DNA from: Candidatus Hermodarchaeota archaeon
GTDB lineage: Archaea > Asgardarchaeota > Lokiarchaeia > Sigyniarchaeales > SOKP01
Direction of reading: 5' to 3'
Assembly: GCA_048885705.1 (NCBI GenBank)
Contig: JBHLLJ010000004.1
Coordinates: forward strand, 1 to 60,626
DNA length: 60,626 nt
Made by a program: the position numbers and the translations under genes. A model generated the notes under the pieces. It saw only the letters and a list, made by a program, of their open reading frames with translations, was not told where the DNA came from and ran no database searches. Of this stretch, positions 8,788 to 18,783 are shown piece after piece; within the stretch, counting starts at the first letter, position 1, and each line of letters opens with the position of its first letter.

Positions 8788-10653
8788 ATGGTTAATGGAT
8801 ATACAGGAAATATTCTTCGTGTAAATTTGTCAAATGGAGCAATCTCAATTGAAAATCCTGATGAAATTTTCTATCGTCGATATATTGGTGGTGAGGGATT
8901 CATAGCTTACTATCTTTTGAAAGAAGTTCCACAAGGTATTGACCCGCTGAGTCCTGAAAATAAACTAATTTTTGCAACAGGTCCTTTAACGGGTTTCGCG
9001 ATACCAGGAACCGGTAGAAATAGTGTTGGGGCTAAATCTCCCTTAACAGGTGGTTTTGGTGAAGCCGAAGTTGGAGGACATTGGGGTGCAGAATTAAAGC
9101 ATGCAGGATTTGATGCTGTAATAGTGGAAGGAAAAGGAAAAAATCCTGTTTATTTATGGATTAATGATGGAAAGGCAGAATTAAGGGATGCTAGTCATCT
9201 TTGGGGAAAATTAACAGGAGATGCACAAAAAATTATTCAAGAGGAGTTGGATGATAATTTAATTCGTGTGGCACAAATTGGGCCTGGAGGAGAGCAATTA
9301 GTTCGTTATGCGTGTGTTATAAATGATCTAAGAAATGCTGCAGGTCGTACCGGAATGGGTGCTGTAATGGGTTCAAAGAACTTAAAAGCTATTGCTGTGA
9401 GGGGTCATAAAAAACTTGAAGTTAACGATAAAGAAAAATTAAGGGCTAAGATAAAAGAGTTTAATGAAGTTGCGTATAAACCTATGAGGGGTTATTTTGA
9501 ATATGGCACTGGGGGTGCTATAATGGAGCGATTTGCTACATCTGGGAATCTTCCAACAAGGAATTTTCGAGATGGAAATTTTTCTGGAGCAAAAACATTG
9601 GATCCTAGTATTATGAAAGACGAAATTAACCTTAAAATGGAAGCTTGTTATGCGTGTTCAATTCGGTGTAAAAAGATTGTGGAAATTGAAACACCTTGGA
9701 AAGTCGATCCGACTTATGGGGGACCCGAATATGAATCGATTGGGGCATTTGGATCCAATTGTGGCGTGCATGATATAAAAGCCGTTTGTAAAGCAAATGA
9801 ATTTTGTAATAAATATTCATTAGATACGATATCTACTGGAGTTTCTATAGGATTTGCTATGGAATGCTACGAGAATGGACTTATAACTGATAAAGATACT
9901 AATGGAATTAAATTAAATTTTGGAAATGCAGAAGCTATGGTTCAGATGGTTGAAATGATTGCTAAACGTGAAGGACTAGGTGATATTTTAGCAGAGGGTG
10001 TAAAAAGGGCTTCTCAAAAATTAAAGAATGGCTCAGAGAAATTCGCTATGCATGTTAAAGGTCAGGAGATCCCAATGCATGAACCTCGCTTAAAACAGGG
10101 ATTGGGAGTTGGATATACAGTTTCGCCTACCGGTGCCGAACATATGGCGAATATGCATGATACTTCAGTCGCAAGTGAAAGATCCATAGCATTTCATAGT
10201 GCTATTGGGATTTTAGAGCCACTTAAGGTTGATGACTTAGGATCGAAAAAGATCCGAGCTTTAACATATATCAGCAATTGGCAAAACTTATATAATGCCT
10301 TATTAATATGTTATTTCTTACCTTGGGACTATGTTGATGCTCCTGAAATCTTGAGAGCTGTGACTGGCTGGTATACTTCGACATGGGAGTTAATGAAAGT
10401 AGGAGAGAGGATTACTACTATGGCAAGAGTTTTCAATATAAGAGAAGGTTTCACAAAAAAGGATGATTGGTTACCCGAAAGATTTTTTAAACCTCATACA
10501 TCAGGAGAACTCAATGAGACTTCAGTTAACCCAGATGAGCTTAAAAATGCAATAACGACTTATTATAACATGATGGGTTGGAATGAAGATGGAATACCAA
10601 CAAAGTCAAAATTAAAAGAATTAGAGTTGGAATGGCTAATTCAATTTGTTTAA
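8788..10653 (+). CDS. aor: Tungsten-containing aldehyde:ferredoxin oxidoreductase family protein
   Basis: KSPLTG, GRTGMGAVMGSKNLKAI, CYACSIRC Fe-S motif, GPEYE, DTISTG. Confidence 0.93.
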   Translation: MVNGYTGNILRVNLSNGAISIENPDEIFYRRYIGGEGFIAYYLLKEVPQGIDPLSPENKLIFATGPLTGFAIPGTGRNSVGAKSPLTGGFGEAEVGGHWGAELKHAGFDAVIVEGKGKNPVYLWINDGKAELRDASHLWGKLTGDAQKIIQEELDDNLIRVAQIGPGGEQLVRYACVINDLRNAAGRTGMGAVMGSKNLKAIAVRGHKKLEVNDKEKLRAKIKEFNEVAYKPMRGYFEYGTGGAIMERFATSGNLPTRNFRDGNFSGAKTLDPSIMKDEINLKMEACYACSIRCKKIVEIETPWKVDPTYGGPEYESIGAFGSNCGVHDIKAVCKANEFCNKYSLDTISTGVSIGFAMECYENGLITDKDTNGIKLNFGNAEAMVQMVEMIAKREGLGDILAEGVKRASQKLKNGSEKFAMHVKGQEIPMHEPRLKQGLGVGYTVSPTGAEHMANMHDTSVASERSIAFHSAIGILEPLKVDDLGSKKIRALTYISNWQNLYNALLICYFLPWDYVDAPEILRAVTGWYTSTWELMKVGERITTMARVFNIREGFTKKDDWLPERFFKPHTSGELNETSVNPDELKNAITTYYNMMGWNEDGIPTKSKLKELELEWLIQFV

Positions 10654-10708
10654 ATTTTATTTTTTTTAATAGTGTTTTTTTTCATTCAATTTGAATATTT
10701 GAATTTAT

Positions 10709-11152
10709 TTAATCGTCATAGTATTTTCCTTTTAGATCCTCATACAATTCTTTTTTGTTTTCTTTTAATAGTTTGAAAATTTCTTCCAAATCTTTTTGGA
10801 AATTTATTACATTACCTTGTGAATCAACAATTTCAATTATAACTTTATTCTGTAAGAATTTCTCAAAAACTAAATCCATGTCATAAATATTAACATGAGT
10901 TTCCTTAAAAAAATCTAAGAGATGATGTAAATAAAGAGCTTTAATATAACCTCTTTTCTTTTTATCTTTTTCACAGAAATATTTTAATTGTTGAGAAATA
11001 ATGATTTCGTCGTTGCTATCAGATTTTCCATTATCGCGTTCATGAAAAGCCCAATTGAAACCGTAATCACATGCTCTATTTACTAAATCTGCAATATCTC
11101 TGTGAATACCTGCTTTCTCAGCCCATTTATTGTGAATAAACCAATTTGGTAT
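10709..11152 (-). CDS. Putative Zn-dependent hydrolase (phospholipase C/P1-nuclease-like motifs), ATA start; missed by ORF track
   Basis: Stop-free frame of 148 codons from ATA at 11152 to TAA at 10711-10709: (M)PNWFIHNKWAEKAGI...ACDYG...ALYLHHLLDFF...YYDD. No in-frame ATG/GTG/TTG upstream before the previous stop. Confidence 0.7.
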   Translation of the reverse strand: MPNWFIHNKWAEKAGIHRDIADLVNRACDYGFNWAFHERDNGKSDSNDEIIISQQLKYFCEKDKKKRGYIKALYLHHLLDFFKETHVNIYDMDLVFEKFLQNKVIIEIVDSQGNVINFQKDLEEIFKLLKENKKELYEDLKGKYYDD

Positions 11153-11266
11153 TTTTAACCACTTTTTATTTTTATGTGTAAGATAAAAAAGATAAAAAAT
11201 TATAGATCGTTATTAAAAATAATAATTCTAAAAAAATAAATAATAAACAATATTCTCATCATAACA

Positions 11267-12088
11267 ATGGTAAAAAGTAGAACAAAATTTCCAAGAGAAG
11301 GCGAGTTTGTAGTTGCGAAAGTAACTGAAGTAGAAAATCAATATGTTTACGTTGATTTAATTGATTTTGAGGGGTTAGATTCAGAAGAATATGCACGAGG
11401 TATGATTCACATCTCAGAAATAAGTTCTCGATGGATTAAAAATATCCGTAATTATGTAAGAATTGGTCAAAGAATAGTATTACGTGTATTAAGAGTAGAC
11501 TCTGATAAGGGACATGTAGATTTATCATTACGAAGAGTGAATTCTGCTCAAAGAGAAAATCGAATAAAAGAATGGAAATATGCACTAAAATTTGAAAACT
11601 TACTTCAATTTCTCATAGAGGTAGAAGGAATCAATATGACCCTTGATGAAGCTTATGAGCTAATAGGATTTCCTGTATTGGATTTTTTTGATACATATCA
11701 AGAAACTGTTGAAGGTTTAAAAGAAAGTGGTGAAGAAATATTGTTAAGTTTAGAAGGAATAACAGCTGAAATTAAGGATGCACTTCTGAAGATTATTGAT
11801 GAAAATGTAAGTATTTCAACCGTAAGTATATCTGGTAAGGTTAAGCTTGCATTTAATTCAGAGAATGGGATAGATCATATTAAAGAATCCCTTTTAAAGG
11901 CTCTTAAAGTAATAGAGCCAAAATCAACAAGAAATATTAATATTAATTATATTGCTGCTCCTTTTTATAGGTTGGAAGTTGTCTCAAAAGATTATTTAGA
12001 CGCTGAAAACATTTTATCTGATGCTTTAGAGACAATCGAAAAGAATGCTGAGAAATATCATGGTACCTTTGAATTTATTCGAGATTAA
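11267..12088 (+). CDS. eif2a: Translation initiation factor 2 subunit alpha
   Basis: FP.EGE.V, IHISEISSRWIKNI, VLRVD..KGHVDLSLRRV, AAPFY. Confidence 0.96.
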   Translation: MVKSRTKFPREGEFVVAKVTEVENQYVYVDLIDFEGLDSEEYARGMIHISEISSRWIKNIRNYVRIGQRIVLRVLRVDSDKGHVDLSLRRVNSAQRENRIKEWKYALKFENLLQFLIEVEGINMTLDEAYELIGFPVLDFFDTYQETVEGLKESGEEILLSLEGITAEIKDALLKIIDENVSISTVSISGKVKLAFNSENGIDHIKESLLKALKVIEPKSTRNININYIAAPFYRLEVVSKDYLDAENILSDALETIEKNAEKYHGTFEFIRD

Positions 12089-12113
12089 TTAATTAATTTT
12101 TAAGTTTATACTT

Positions 12114-12299
12114 ATGACCAAATACCTTCAAAAATGTAAAGAATGTAAGAGATATGTATTACAAAACCCAAAAGCAATATGTCGTTATTGTGGAGGCCAG
12201 TTAATAAACCCAAAACCTCCAAAATTTTCTTTAATTGATAAATATGCAGAATATCGATTAGATTATTTTAAAGAAGAATTTGATGAAAAATTTAAATAA
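12114..12299 (+). CDS. nop10: H/ACA RNP / ribosome biogenesis protein Nop10
   Basis: CxxC..YVL..CxxCGG...P.PPKFS..DKY..YR; directly follows aIF2-alpha. Confidence 0.92.
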   Translation: MTKYLQKCKECKRYVLQNPKAICRYCGGQLINPKPPKFSLIDKYAEYRLDYFKEEFDEKFK

Positions 12300-12301
12300 A
12301 T

Positions 12302-12967
12302 TTAATTAATTTCTATCTTTTCAGCAAATTTTTCAATTATAAGGATTTTTGCATTCTTTTGGGGAAGATTTGCGATATCCTCCTCTTCAAAAGGGCCATA
12401 ACTTATAAGATCAATCCCTACTAAAGGAGGTGTTTTCTTTAAAAATCTTACAAGAGTATAATTAATTTTTTCTTTACCATTCTTTTTTATGGAACCAAAA
12501 ACTTCGGAAATTTTTTCTTCTTTTGAAATTGGGGTAATCTCAACTTCAGATTCTATTTCTACTTCTTGTTCAATTGTGTTCTCTTTGGACTCATCATGTT
12601 CTCCATAAAGCGAAATTGCTTTTACTTTTTTATATCCCTTAATTGAACTTACTAGATTTTCATAAAGTAATTTCTCAGCTTCAATTACATTATTTAAATT
12701 AATTTCTTTAAGGGCTAAAGCTGAAGTTATTATTTTAAATTCTCTAATCTTTAAAAAGTCTTTAAATAAAAAATTTAAATTATCTTTGTATGCTGTTAAT
12801 ATCTGATCCTTTAATTCAGACTTCTTTTTTTGCTGATAACTATTGATAAAATCTAAGAGTTTTTTGTATTCATTGAAAATCTCTTGCGTTATCTGTGTTA
12901 AATCAATATCTTGGAACTCTTTTAGCCAATGTCCATATAGTTTTTCATATTCTTTTCGTAAATCCAT
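12302..12967 (-). CDS. gins15: GINS complex subunit Gins15/Gins51
   Basis: Helical A-domain (IRE.KI), acidic linker and B-domain LVRFLK..P..VG.D...YGPF..EDIA.LP..NA; downstream of priS. ATG at 12967. Confidence 0.88.
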   Translation of the reverse strand: MDLRKEYEKLYGHWLKEFQDIDLTQITQEIFNEYKKLLDFINSYQQKKKSELKDQILTAYKDNLNFLFKDFLKIREFKIITSALALKEINLNNVIEAEKLLYENLVSSIKGYKKVKAISLYGEHDESKENTIEQEVEIESEVEITPISKEEKISEVFGSIKKNGKEKINYTLVRFLKKTPPLVGIDLISYGPFEEEDIANLPQKNAKILIIEKFAEKIEIN

Positions 12968-13027
12968 GATAATCGAATTTTTCAATTTAATATTATAAAA
13001 AGGAGTTCTGAGTTTAAATTTTTTAAC

Positions 13028-14308
13028 TTAAATTGTTTTTGCAACTCCTTTACATAATAAAAAAACAGCAAAATAGTGAGGAACTTCAATTTTTTCTCCT
13101 TGGACATAAGGTCCGTAAGTCTCACCTTTTATTTTCGTAATTGGTACCTCAGGTTCAATAATTTCCATTTTTTGAGTAATCTCTTTTTCACTTTTAAACA
13201 CAATGGGATCTAGTTTTTCATTCGACTCATTCAAAGGATTAAAACTGTCAAGTTCATCAGGATATAATTCTTGAACTTTAAAACCTGTTTTACCATGCAG
13301 GGATCCAGGGTACCTAATTAATCTATGGACATCGATTGAAACAGGTACATCAATTTTAATTCCGATCTCTTTAATCAATTTTTTTAAAAATTTGTACCAA
13401 GTGTTTAAACTAAATCCAACCAAGGTCCAATTGTTATTTTGATTATTCTTAATTATCCTATAGAAATTATCTTTAAAATTTATAAAATTCTCTACAAGTT
13501 TCTGACTTAAATTAAACTTTCTTTTATCTGAGAGTATAGTTTCTATTTCTAGATTCGATTTACCTAATATTTTTTCAATTTCATTAATTATTTTTCCAGG
13601 CCATCCAATGGTTTCTCTTGAAAATCCAAAAATATTTCCTCCTTTTTCTTGTAAGCCAAAAATCTCAAAAGAGATATTATCCCCCTTGACATAATCGACA
13701 ATTTCTCTCCTTTCATCGCTAGTTAAAGTTCTTATTCTTTCATCTTCAATTTTTAGATGATATCCTCTGTGTCCTGAAAAAGCAATCTTCATTTTTTCAA
13801 TATCAATATTGAAATCTGGAATTAGGAAGTTATAAATTAACTTAATAATTTCATTTTTCGCAACATTTAAGCAATCTTCACAAATCCAATTTAACTTTTT
13901 CAGTTTTAATTTACCACAATTTGGACAATTTTCAACCATACCTTTACCAATTTCGCTACATTCTTTACAATACCAAACATCATGATGTTCTTTGCAAGGA
14001 GTATAAAAATGATCTACATCAATATCAAAAATCAAATCACAACCCTGATAACCTTTTTCTTGCATATCTTGATTTTCTGGTCTAATAAAAAGGGAACCGC
14101 TCGAATACGCATGTTTTGGAGTATTATTAATGAAGTACTTTTTCAAATTAATAGGGGATGTAAAACCAATATGCCTATTCATAATTTGTTTTTCAAAAGG
14201 TATAAAGCCAAATTCTCTTCTTTCAAAAAGACTAATTATTGGAAGATCAGCTTGCTTTTCTTTATAATATGCTTGAAAAATCCTTTTTAAATATTTTTCA
14301 TCAGACAT
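13028..14308 (-). CDS. priS: DNA primase small (catalytic) subunit
   Basis: REFGF, DLIFDID, FSGHRGYH, ID..VS.D.HRLIR.PGSLHGKTG. ATG at 14308 overlaps the priL stop. Confidence 0.96.
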   Translation of the reverse strand: MSDEKYLKRIFQAYYKEKQADLPIISLFERREFGFIPFEKQIMNRHIGFTSPINLKKYFINNTPKHAYSSGSLFIRPENQDMQEKGYQGCDLIFDIDVDHFYTPCKEHHDVWYCKECSEIGKGMVENCPNCGKLKLKKLNWICEDCLNVAKNEIIKLIYNFLIPDFNIDIEKMKIAFSGHRGYHLKIEDERIRTLTSDERREIVDYVKGDNISFEIFGLQEKGGNIFGFSRETIGWPGKIINEIEKILGKSNLEIETILSDKRKFNLSQKLVENFINFKDNFYRIIKNNQNNNWTLVGFSLNTWYKFLKKLIKEIGIKIDVPVSIDVHRLIRYPGSLHGKTGFKVQELYPDELDSFNPLNESNEKLDPIVFKSEKEITQKMEIIEPEVPITKIKGETYGPYVQGEKIEVPHYFAVFLLCKGVAKTI

Positions 14309-15491
14309 TCTTATCATTCAAATTGGTTTTTTCAGCTTTTGTTTTAATTGAAAGAACAAATTGTTTATATTGAATATAAAATAATGGATGTGAGATTTGT
14401 CTCTGTTCTTGTAATTTATTTGAAAAATACCCTTTCAAGCACAAATTATCTTCATACTTGGTGGCCAAACATAAAGTATATGATTTTAATGATTTACATG
14501 AGTAAGGAGTATATCCTTTTTTAATAGCATACTTTACTTGATATTCTGTTTTTTCTCTATCAAAATCAGGTAGTGTTGAAAAGACATCAATAATTTTATC
14601 TTCTGGATATTTGAGTGCATTTAAAACCCATAGTATAAATAGTCTCTCAGTATGTATTAAGTTTTGACCTTCTTGGGCTTTTGATAAGATTTCCTTAATA
14701 CAAGGAGGGAAAACTTCGGATATATCTTGACCTTCTTTGAAGGTTATGTCTACTTTATATTCAAACTCATCTTTCTTTAATTCCCAAATCGAGACGATAT
14801 TATCAAATAATTCTTTAAATTCTTGTATTTCTAATAATTTTTCTTTAAAAGCATCTATAGTATTAGAATCTTTAACATTTTGATTCAATAGTTTCATTCG
14901 TATATTTTCTTGTAATAATCTATTAAGACTTTCAGGCTTAACATAAACATAACCGTTTGAAAGGGCATTGTTTACTAATTTTCTATAATCATCTTTTAGA
15001 TTAGATGCTAGTTTTAAATAATCGATAAAAGAAATCTTGAAGTTAGTTCTAGAAATTTCTTCTTGGCTTTTTAATACAATTTTTTTATATATAGTAGGTT
15101 TCTCTTCATAAACAACATTCAAATCTAAATCCTTATAAATGTAATACAAATTGAATTCATTTTCTTTATTTAATTCATTGTAAGTGGTTTTAGAGTATAT
15201 ATTAGCTACTCGATTTGATAAAACCTTATCATTTAAAATATAGAGCAATATTCTTAGAATTAAATAGAGATAAATATTAGTTTCATCAAAAGTATAATCC
15301 GAAATTTGTTCGATATTATTAAAAGCATCAATAAATAGGTTTAAAGCTCTATTTCTTAAAGCTTCAGATTGATTTGATGAAAGAATTTCATTAATAAAAT
15401 CTAAAGGATTCTTTAAAGCTATATTAGAATAATATGTTTTTAAAGAAGGGAGCCATGGATACCGTTTTATTAAGTCATAGATGTCGCTCAT
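14301..15491 (-). CDS. priL: DNA primase large subunit
   Basis: YPWL N-terminus, KLVN..L..GYV, FPPCI, PDFD...T.YQV, Y.PYSC..L...LC Fe-S cysteines, HPL. Confidence 0.93.
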   Translation of the reverse strand: MSDIYDLIKRYPWLPSLKTYYSNIALKNPLDFINEILSSNQSEALRNRALNLFIDAFNNIEQISDYTFDETNIYLYLILRILLYILNDKVLSNRVANIYSKTTYNELNKENEFNLYYIYKDLDLNVVYEEKPTIYKKIVLKSQEEISRTNFKISFIDYLKLASNLKDDYRKLVNNALSNGYVYVKPESLNRLLQENIRMKLLNQNVKDSNTIDAFKEKLLEIQEFKELFDNIVSIWELKKDEFEYKVDITFKEGQDISEVFPPCIKEILSKAQEGQNLIHTERLFILWVLNALKYPEDKIIDVFSTLPDFDREKTEYQVKYAIKKGYTPYSCKSLKSYTLCLATKYEDNLCLKGYFSNKLQEQRQISHPLFYIQYKQFVLSIKTKAEKTNLNDKNV

Positions 15492-15647
15492 TGCCTAAAA
15501 TTTCCCTACATTTGAAGCTAAATAATTATAATCTAAAAAACATGATGAGATTAAACTTTAATAGATTAAGAGTAAATTAGTTTACTGATATTTTTAATAA
15601 ATCTATTAATAAACTAATAAATAATAAATAGGGAAAGAAGAACTTAA

Positions 15648-16451
15648 TTAAAATTCATCCATATCATCCTCATCTTCGAATTCAGCTTCTTCTACTCTTG
15701 GTGCTAAAAAGTAGCTTAATTCTCCTCCTTCAAGAAGATTAAAGATCATTTTTAATGGATGATCAGTTTTTAATGATATTTCTAGCTTCTCTGTGATCGA
15801 GGCTATTTTTAAAATTGCTTTTAAAAAGGTCAAGGAATATGCACCACTACTAGTTCCGTTAATATCTGTCTCTATTAAATCATCTTCACGAAGATCATAT
15901 TCCATTTCACCAATTTGTCCTGTGGAACTAAAAATTAAACCTTGTCCCTGCGTTGCAGTCATATTAAGAATCTCGGAATAAATTTCAGCGTCTTTTATTG
16001 CTTCAACTAAGAATTCGGGGTCAATTACCCATTTTGAAGGATATTCTATCTTTAATAAATTATCCATAGGAATTTCTTCAATCTCAATATCCAATAATGC
16101 TAAACTAAACGTTCTTGTTCGTGATGTACCTTCGCGTTTCATTTTAATTCTTATTTTCTGATCAGCTTCATTAAAATCAATTTCAACAGAATCATTTGTA
16201 CCACTCCTTTTTAATATCTTGTCTAAATCATCTAGGTTTAATCCAACTTTTGATTCCTTATCACATTGATAATCATCAAAATTTTCGTTATTAATTGAGA
16301 GTTTTAACAAACAAATTCTGCTCGGGTCCATAGCTGAGATGGTAAACTTTTTAGGAGTGACTCGAAACTCGGTTTCATCAATGATACTCGCGAGAGTTTC
16401 AACTATTCCTTTCAATATCCGACTATTTTCTAATTTTAATGTAAAACTCAT
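15648..16451 (-). CDS. pcn: DNA polymerase sliding clamp PCNA
   Basis: AMDPSRICL, YSL.FL, PLK..F, YFLAPR; acidic tail. Confidence 0.97.
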   Translation of the reverse strand: MSFTLKLENSRILKGIVETLASIIDETEFRVTPKKFTISAMDPSRICLLKLSINNENFDDYQCDKESKVGLNLDDLDKILKRSGTNDSVEIDFNEADQKIRIKMKREGTSRTRTFSLALLDIEIEEIPMDNLLKIEYPSKWVIDPEFLVEAIKDAEIYSEILNMTATQGQGLIFSSTGQIGEMEYDLREDDLIETDINGTSSGAYSLTFLKAILKIASITEKLEISLKTDHPLKMIFNLLEGGELSYFLAPRVEEAEFEDEDDMDEF

Positions 16452-16631
16452 AATCTTTCAGTATATTTATTGAATTATAATTAAGATAAATATGTTTTAT
16501 TCACATTATTAATAATGTTTGATATTAGTCTTTTAATAATACCAATTTTAGGTATTAAATTAATTATTTATACTTATCTTAAATTTTCAAAATTGTATTA
16601 AATAATAAAATGATTCATATTTAAAAAAAAA

Positions 16632-16952
16632 ATGTCTTTTCAGTACGCTAAGCAAAGAATGATTAAGGATATTTCTATAGAAGATGAACGAATTCAAGTA
16701 ACTGGTTACATAAAAACCAAGATAAATGATAATCAAATAATTTTAGAGGATAAGTCTGGAGAATTAATTGTTAATCTTATGAGTATTAATGATTTTAAAT
16801 TTAAAGAAAATGATTTAATTAACGTAATAGGAGATCTTGAGTTCCAATCCTCAGGAGAAAAATTACTTAATGCGGATGTTGTTCAAGACATGAATAAGTT
16901 AAATTTCGAATACTATCAAAAATTATATCAGCTAAAAAAAGAGCTTGAGTGA
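16632..16952 (+). CDS. Single OB-fold protein, RPA small-subunit (RPA3/RPA14)-like
   Basis: I.VTG.I, LEDKSG...V, INVIG, and a C-terminal helix NFEYY; divergent from PCNA. Confidence 0.65.
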   Translation: MSFQYAKQRMIKDISIEDERIQVTGYIKTKINDNQIILEDKSGELIVNLMSINDFKFKENDLINVIGDLEFQSSGEKLLNADVVQDMNKLNFEYYQKLYQLKKELE

Positions 16953-16977
16953 AAAATCATCTTTTTTTAAGGTATTT

Positions 16978-17337
16978 TCAAATTTCTAAAAATTTTTGAA
17001 TTTCTAGTGTATATCCATTAGGATCTTTTAAGAAAAAATGATAGATTTTGAATTTTTCATTGATTTTGGGCTTCTCTTTTATGTTCACTTTTAATTTGAT
17101 TAATTTATTATAAATTTTATCTACATCATCAGTAATAAAAGTGATAATTGGACTTTTATCTTGATAGACTACCGGTATATGCTCACAAAAACCTATTTTA
17201 CTATTAATAGTAACATTAAATATTAAACAGACACCTTGGTCTTTGTATAGAGTTAATCCAATGATATTTTGGTAAAATTGAGATGTCTTTTCGAGATCTT
17301 TAGTCCCTAAAAACGTAATAGATTCCTTAAACTTCAT
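16978..17337 (-). CDS. VOC/glyoxalase family protein
   Basis: DLEKT..FY..IIGL and FFLKDPNGY.LE motifs. Confidence 0.9.
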   Translation of the reverse strand: MKFKESITFLGTKDLEKTSQFYQNIIGLTLYKDQGVCLIFNVTINSKIGFCEHIPVVYQDKSPIITFITDDVDKIYNKLIKLKVNIKEKPKINEKFKIYHFFLKDPNGYTLEIQKFLEI

Positions 17338-17499
17338 AAATCTCGGTCTTTAATTATTTGTTATTCAATAGATTTTAAACTTTTAAATGATTGTACATTT
17401 ATATAAAAAATTTATTTAGTTTTATAATTAGGATAAAATTTTTTAAACTTTAATATTTTTTAAAGTTAAGAATTACTAATTTATGGCATAAGAATCAAA

Positions 17500-17838
17500 A
17501 TGGTCGAATTTTGCCCAGAATGTTCCAATCTTCTCCGCAAGAGAAAAATTGACGAACAAGTATTTTTATCATGTAAATGTGGTTATCAACAAGAATTAGA
17601 AAATGATAATAGTAATATAGAAAAAAACATCAGAAAAAAGAATAGAGCTTTAGAAAAAAATTTACTTATAGTTTCAGATGAAGATAAAATTTCAATTCAC
17701 CCAAAAACTAAAAAAGATTGTCCTAAATGTGGCAATTTAGAAGCAGAAACCTGGCAAGTGCAAATAAGGAGTTCTGATGAACCAAGCACACATTTTTTTA
17801 AATGCACAAGTTGTAAATATACTTGGCGCGAACAATAA
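17500..17838 (+). CDS. tfs: Transcription factor S (TFS/RpoM)
   Basis: FCPEC..LL N-terminal ribbon; CPKCG...QIRSSDEP.T.FFKC..C..W with intact acidic DE hairpin. Confidence 0.95.
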   Translation: MVEFCPECSNLLRKRKIDEQVFLSCKCGYQQELENDNSNIEKNIRKKNRALEKNLLIVSDEDKISIHPKTKKDCPKCGNLEAETWQVQIRSSDEPSTHFFKCTSCKYTWREQ

Positions 17839-17994
17839 TTACTTTTATCGGCTTTTTTTATATTATTGGAATCTAGATCAATTTACGTGAAAGAACAGTT
17901 TCACGAATAATTTTTAATAAGGAAATCCTTAATAATGTCATCAAAAAATTGTTAAGTCATAATAAGAAATATTTCAAAAAAAAAAGTGTGAAAA

Positions 17995-18447
17995 ATGGAA
18001 AAATTAACATTAAAAATCGGCTCATTTCTAATACTTTTTATGGGAATGTATACCATTGTAATGTCATTTCTTTGGATATTCGTAACTGAAATAATGTTTG
18101 TGAGCGACTTTGCTCATCACACAGGCCTAACTTACCCAGAATATTTAATTGCTGCGCCAGATTTTGCAGAGATTTACATTATAACAAAAAAATTAATCGG
18201 TTTTATTCTGTTAGCTGATGGTATTATGATCGTCTTAATAAACCAAAATAGCTATCGTAAAGGCGAGAAATGGTCCTGGTATGCAATTCTTGCAGGCGGT
18301 GGAATTTCTTGGAGTACGTTTATAATATATAAAATATATATTGGATATATTGGATATAGTATGGTTACCTTCGTTGTTGGAATTACTCTTCTCATAATTG
18401 GTCTAGCTGTTCCGGCTAAAGAAATATTGATGAGAAAAACTTCTTAA
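17995..18447 (+). CDS. Hypothetical membrane protein (about 4 TM)
   Basis: Hydrophobic segments; YRKGEKWSW loop. Confidence 0.7.
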   Translation: MEKLTLKIGSFLILFMGMYTIVMSFLWIFVTEIMFVSDFAHHTGLTYPEYLIAAPDFAEIYIITKKLIGFILLADGIMIVLINQNSYRKGEKWSWYAILAGGGISWSTFIIYKIYIGYIGYSMVTFVVGITLLIIGLAVPAKEILMRKTS

Positions 18448-18562
18448 TTAGTTTAAAATCTAAAAAGGGAAAAAATTACTGAGCAACCTAATTTATAATT
18501 ACAAATTTTTTTCTTTTCTTGATTTAAAATGAAAGATAGTTGAAAACTTAAAATTTAAACAA

Positions 18563-18769
18563 TTAAGAAAGAACTTCCAATATTTTTGTTAGGATTCTAG
18601 CTTTACCCCCTGTTGATTGAAGTAAGGTTTTCCCACAAACTAAACATTCTACATCTGTAGCAGAACATCCAAATATTATTTGTTGATTTCCACAATTTAA
18701 ACATTTCACACGCAAAAATCTACTTTTTGGTTGTGGGATAAGTTCTTTTGCTTTTCTTTTATGTACCAT
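18563..18769 (-). CDS. rps27e: 30S ribosomal protein S27e
   Basis: [10 protein letters not shown]...QIIF...V.C..CG..L...TGGKA. Confidence 0.97.
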   Translation of the reverse strand: MVHKRKAKELIPQPKSRFLRVKCLNCGNQQIIFGCSATDVECLVCGKTLLQSTGGKARILTKILEVLS

Positions 18770-18783
18770 AGTTCCTCACTCTT

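Noticed and set aside
15542-15588. Possible C/D-box sRNA (ATGATGA ... CTGA spanning 47 nt) between priL and PCNA
   Set aside because: Internal D'/C' boxes are poor, guides are extremely AT-rich, and I could not find a convincing rRNA complement of 10 nt or more; such boxes arise by chance in AT-rich DNA.
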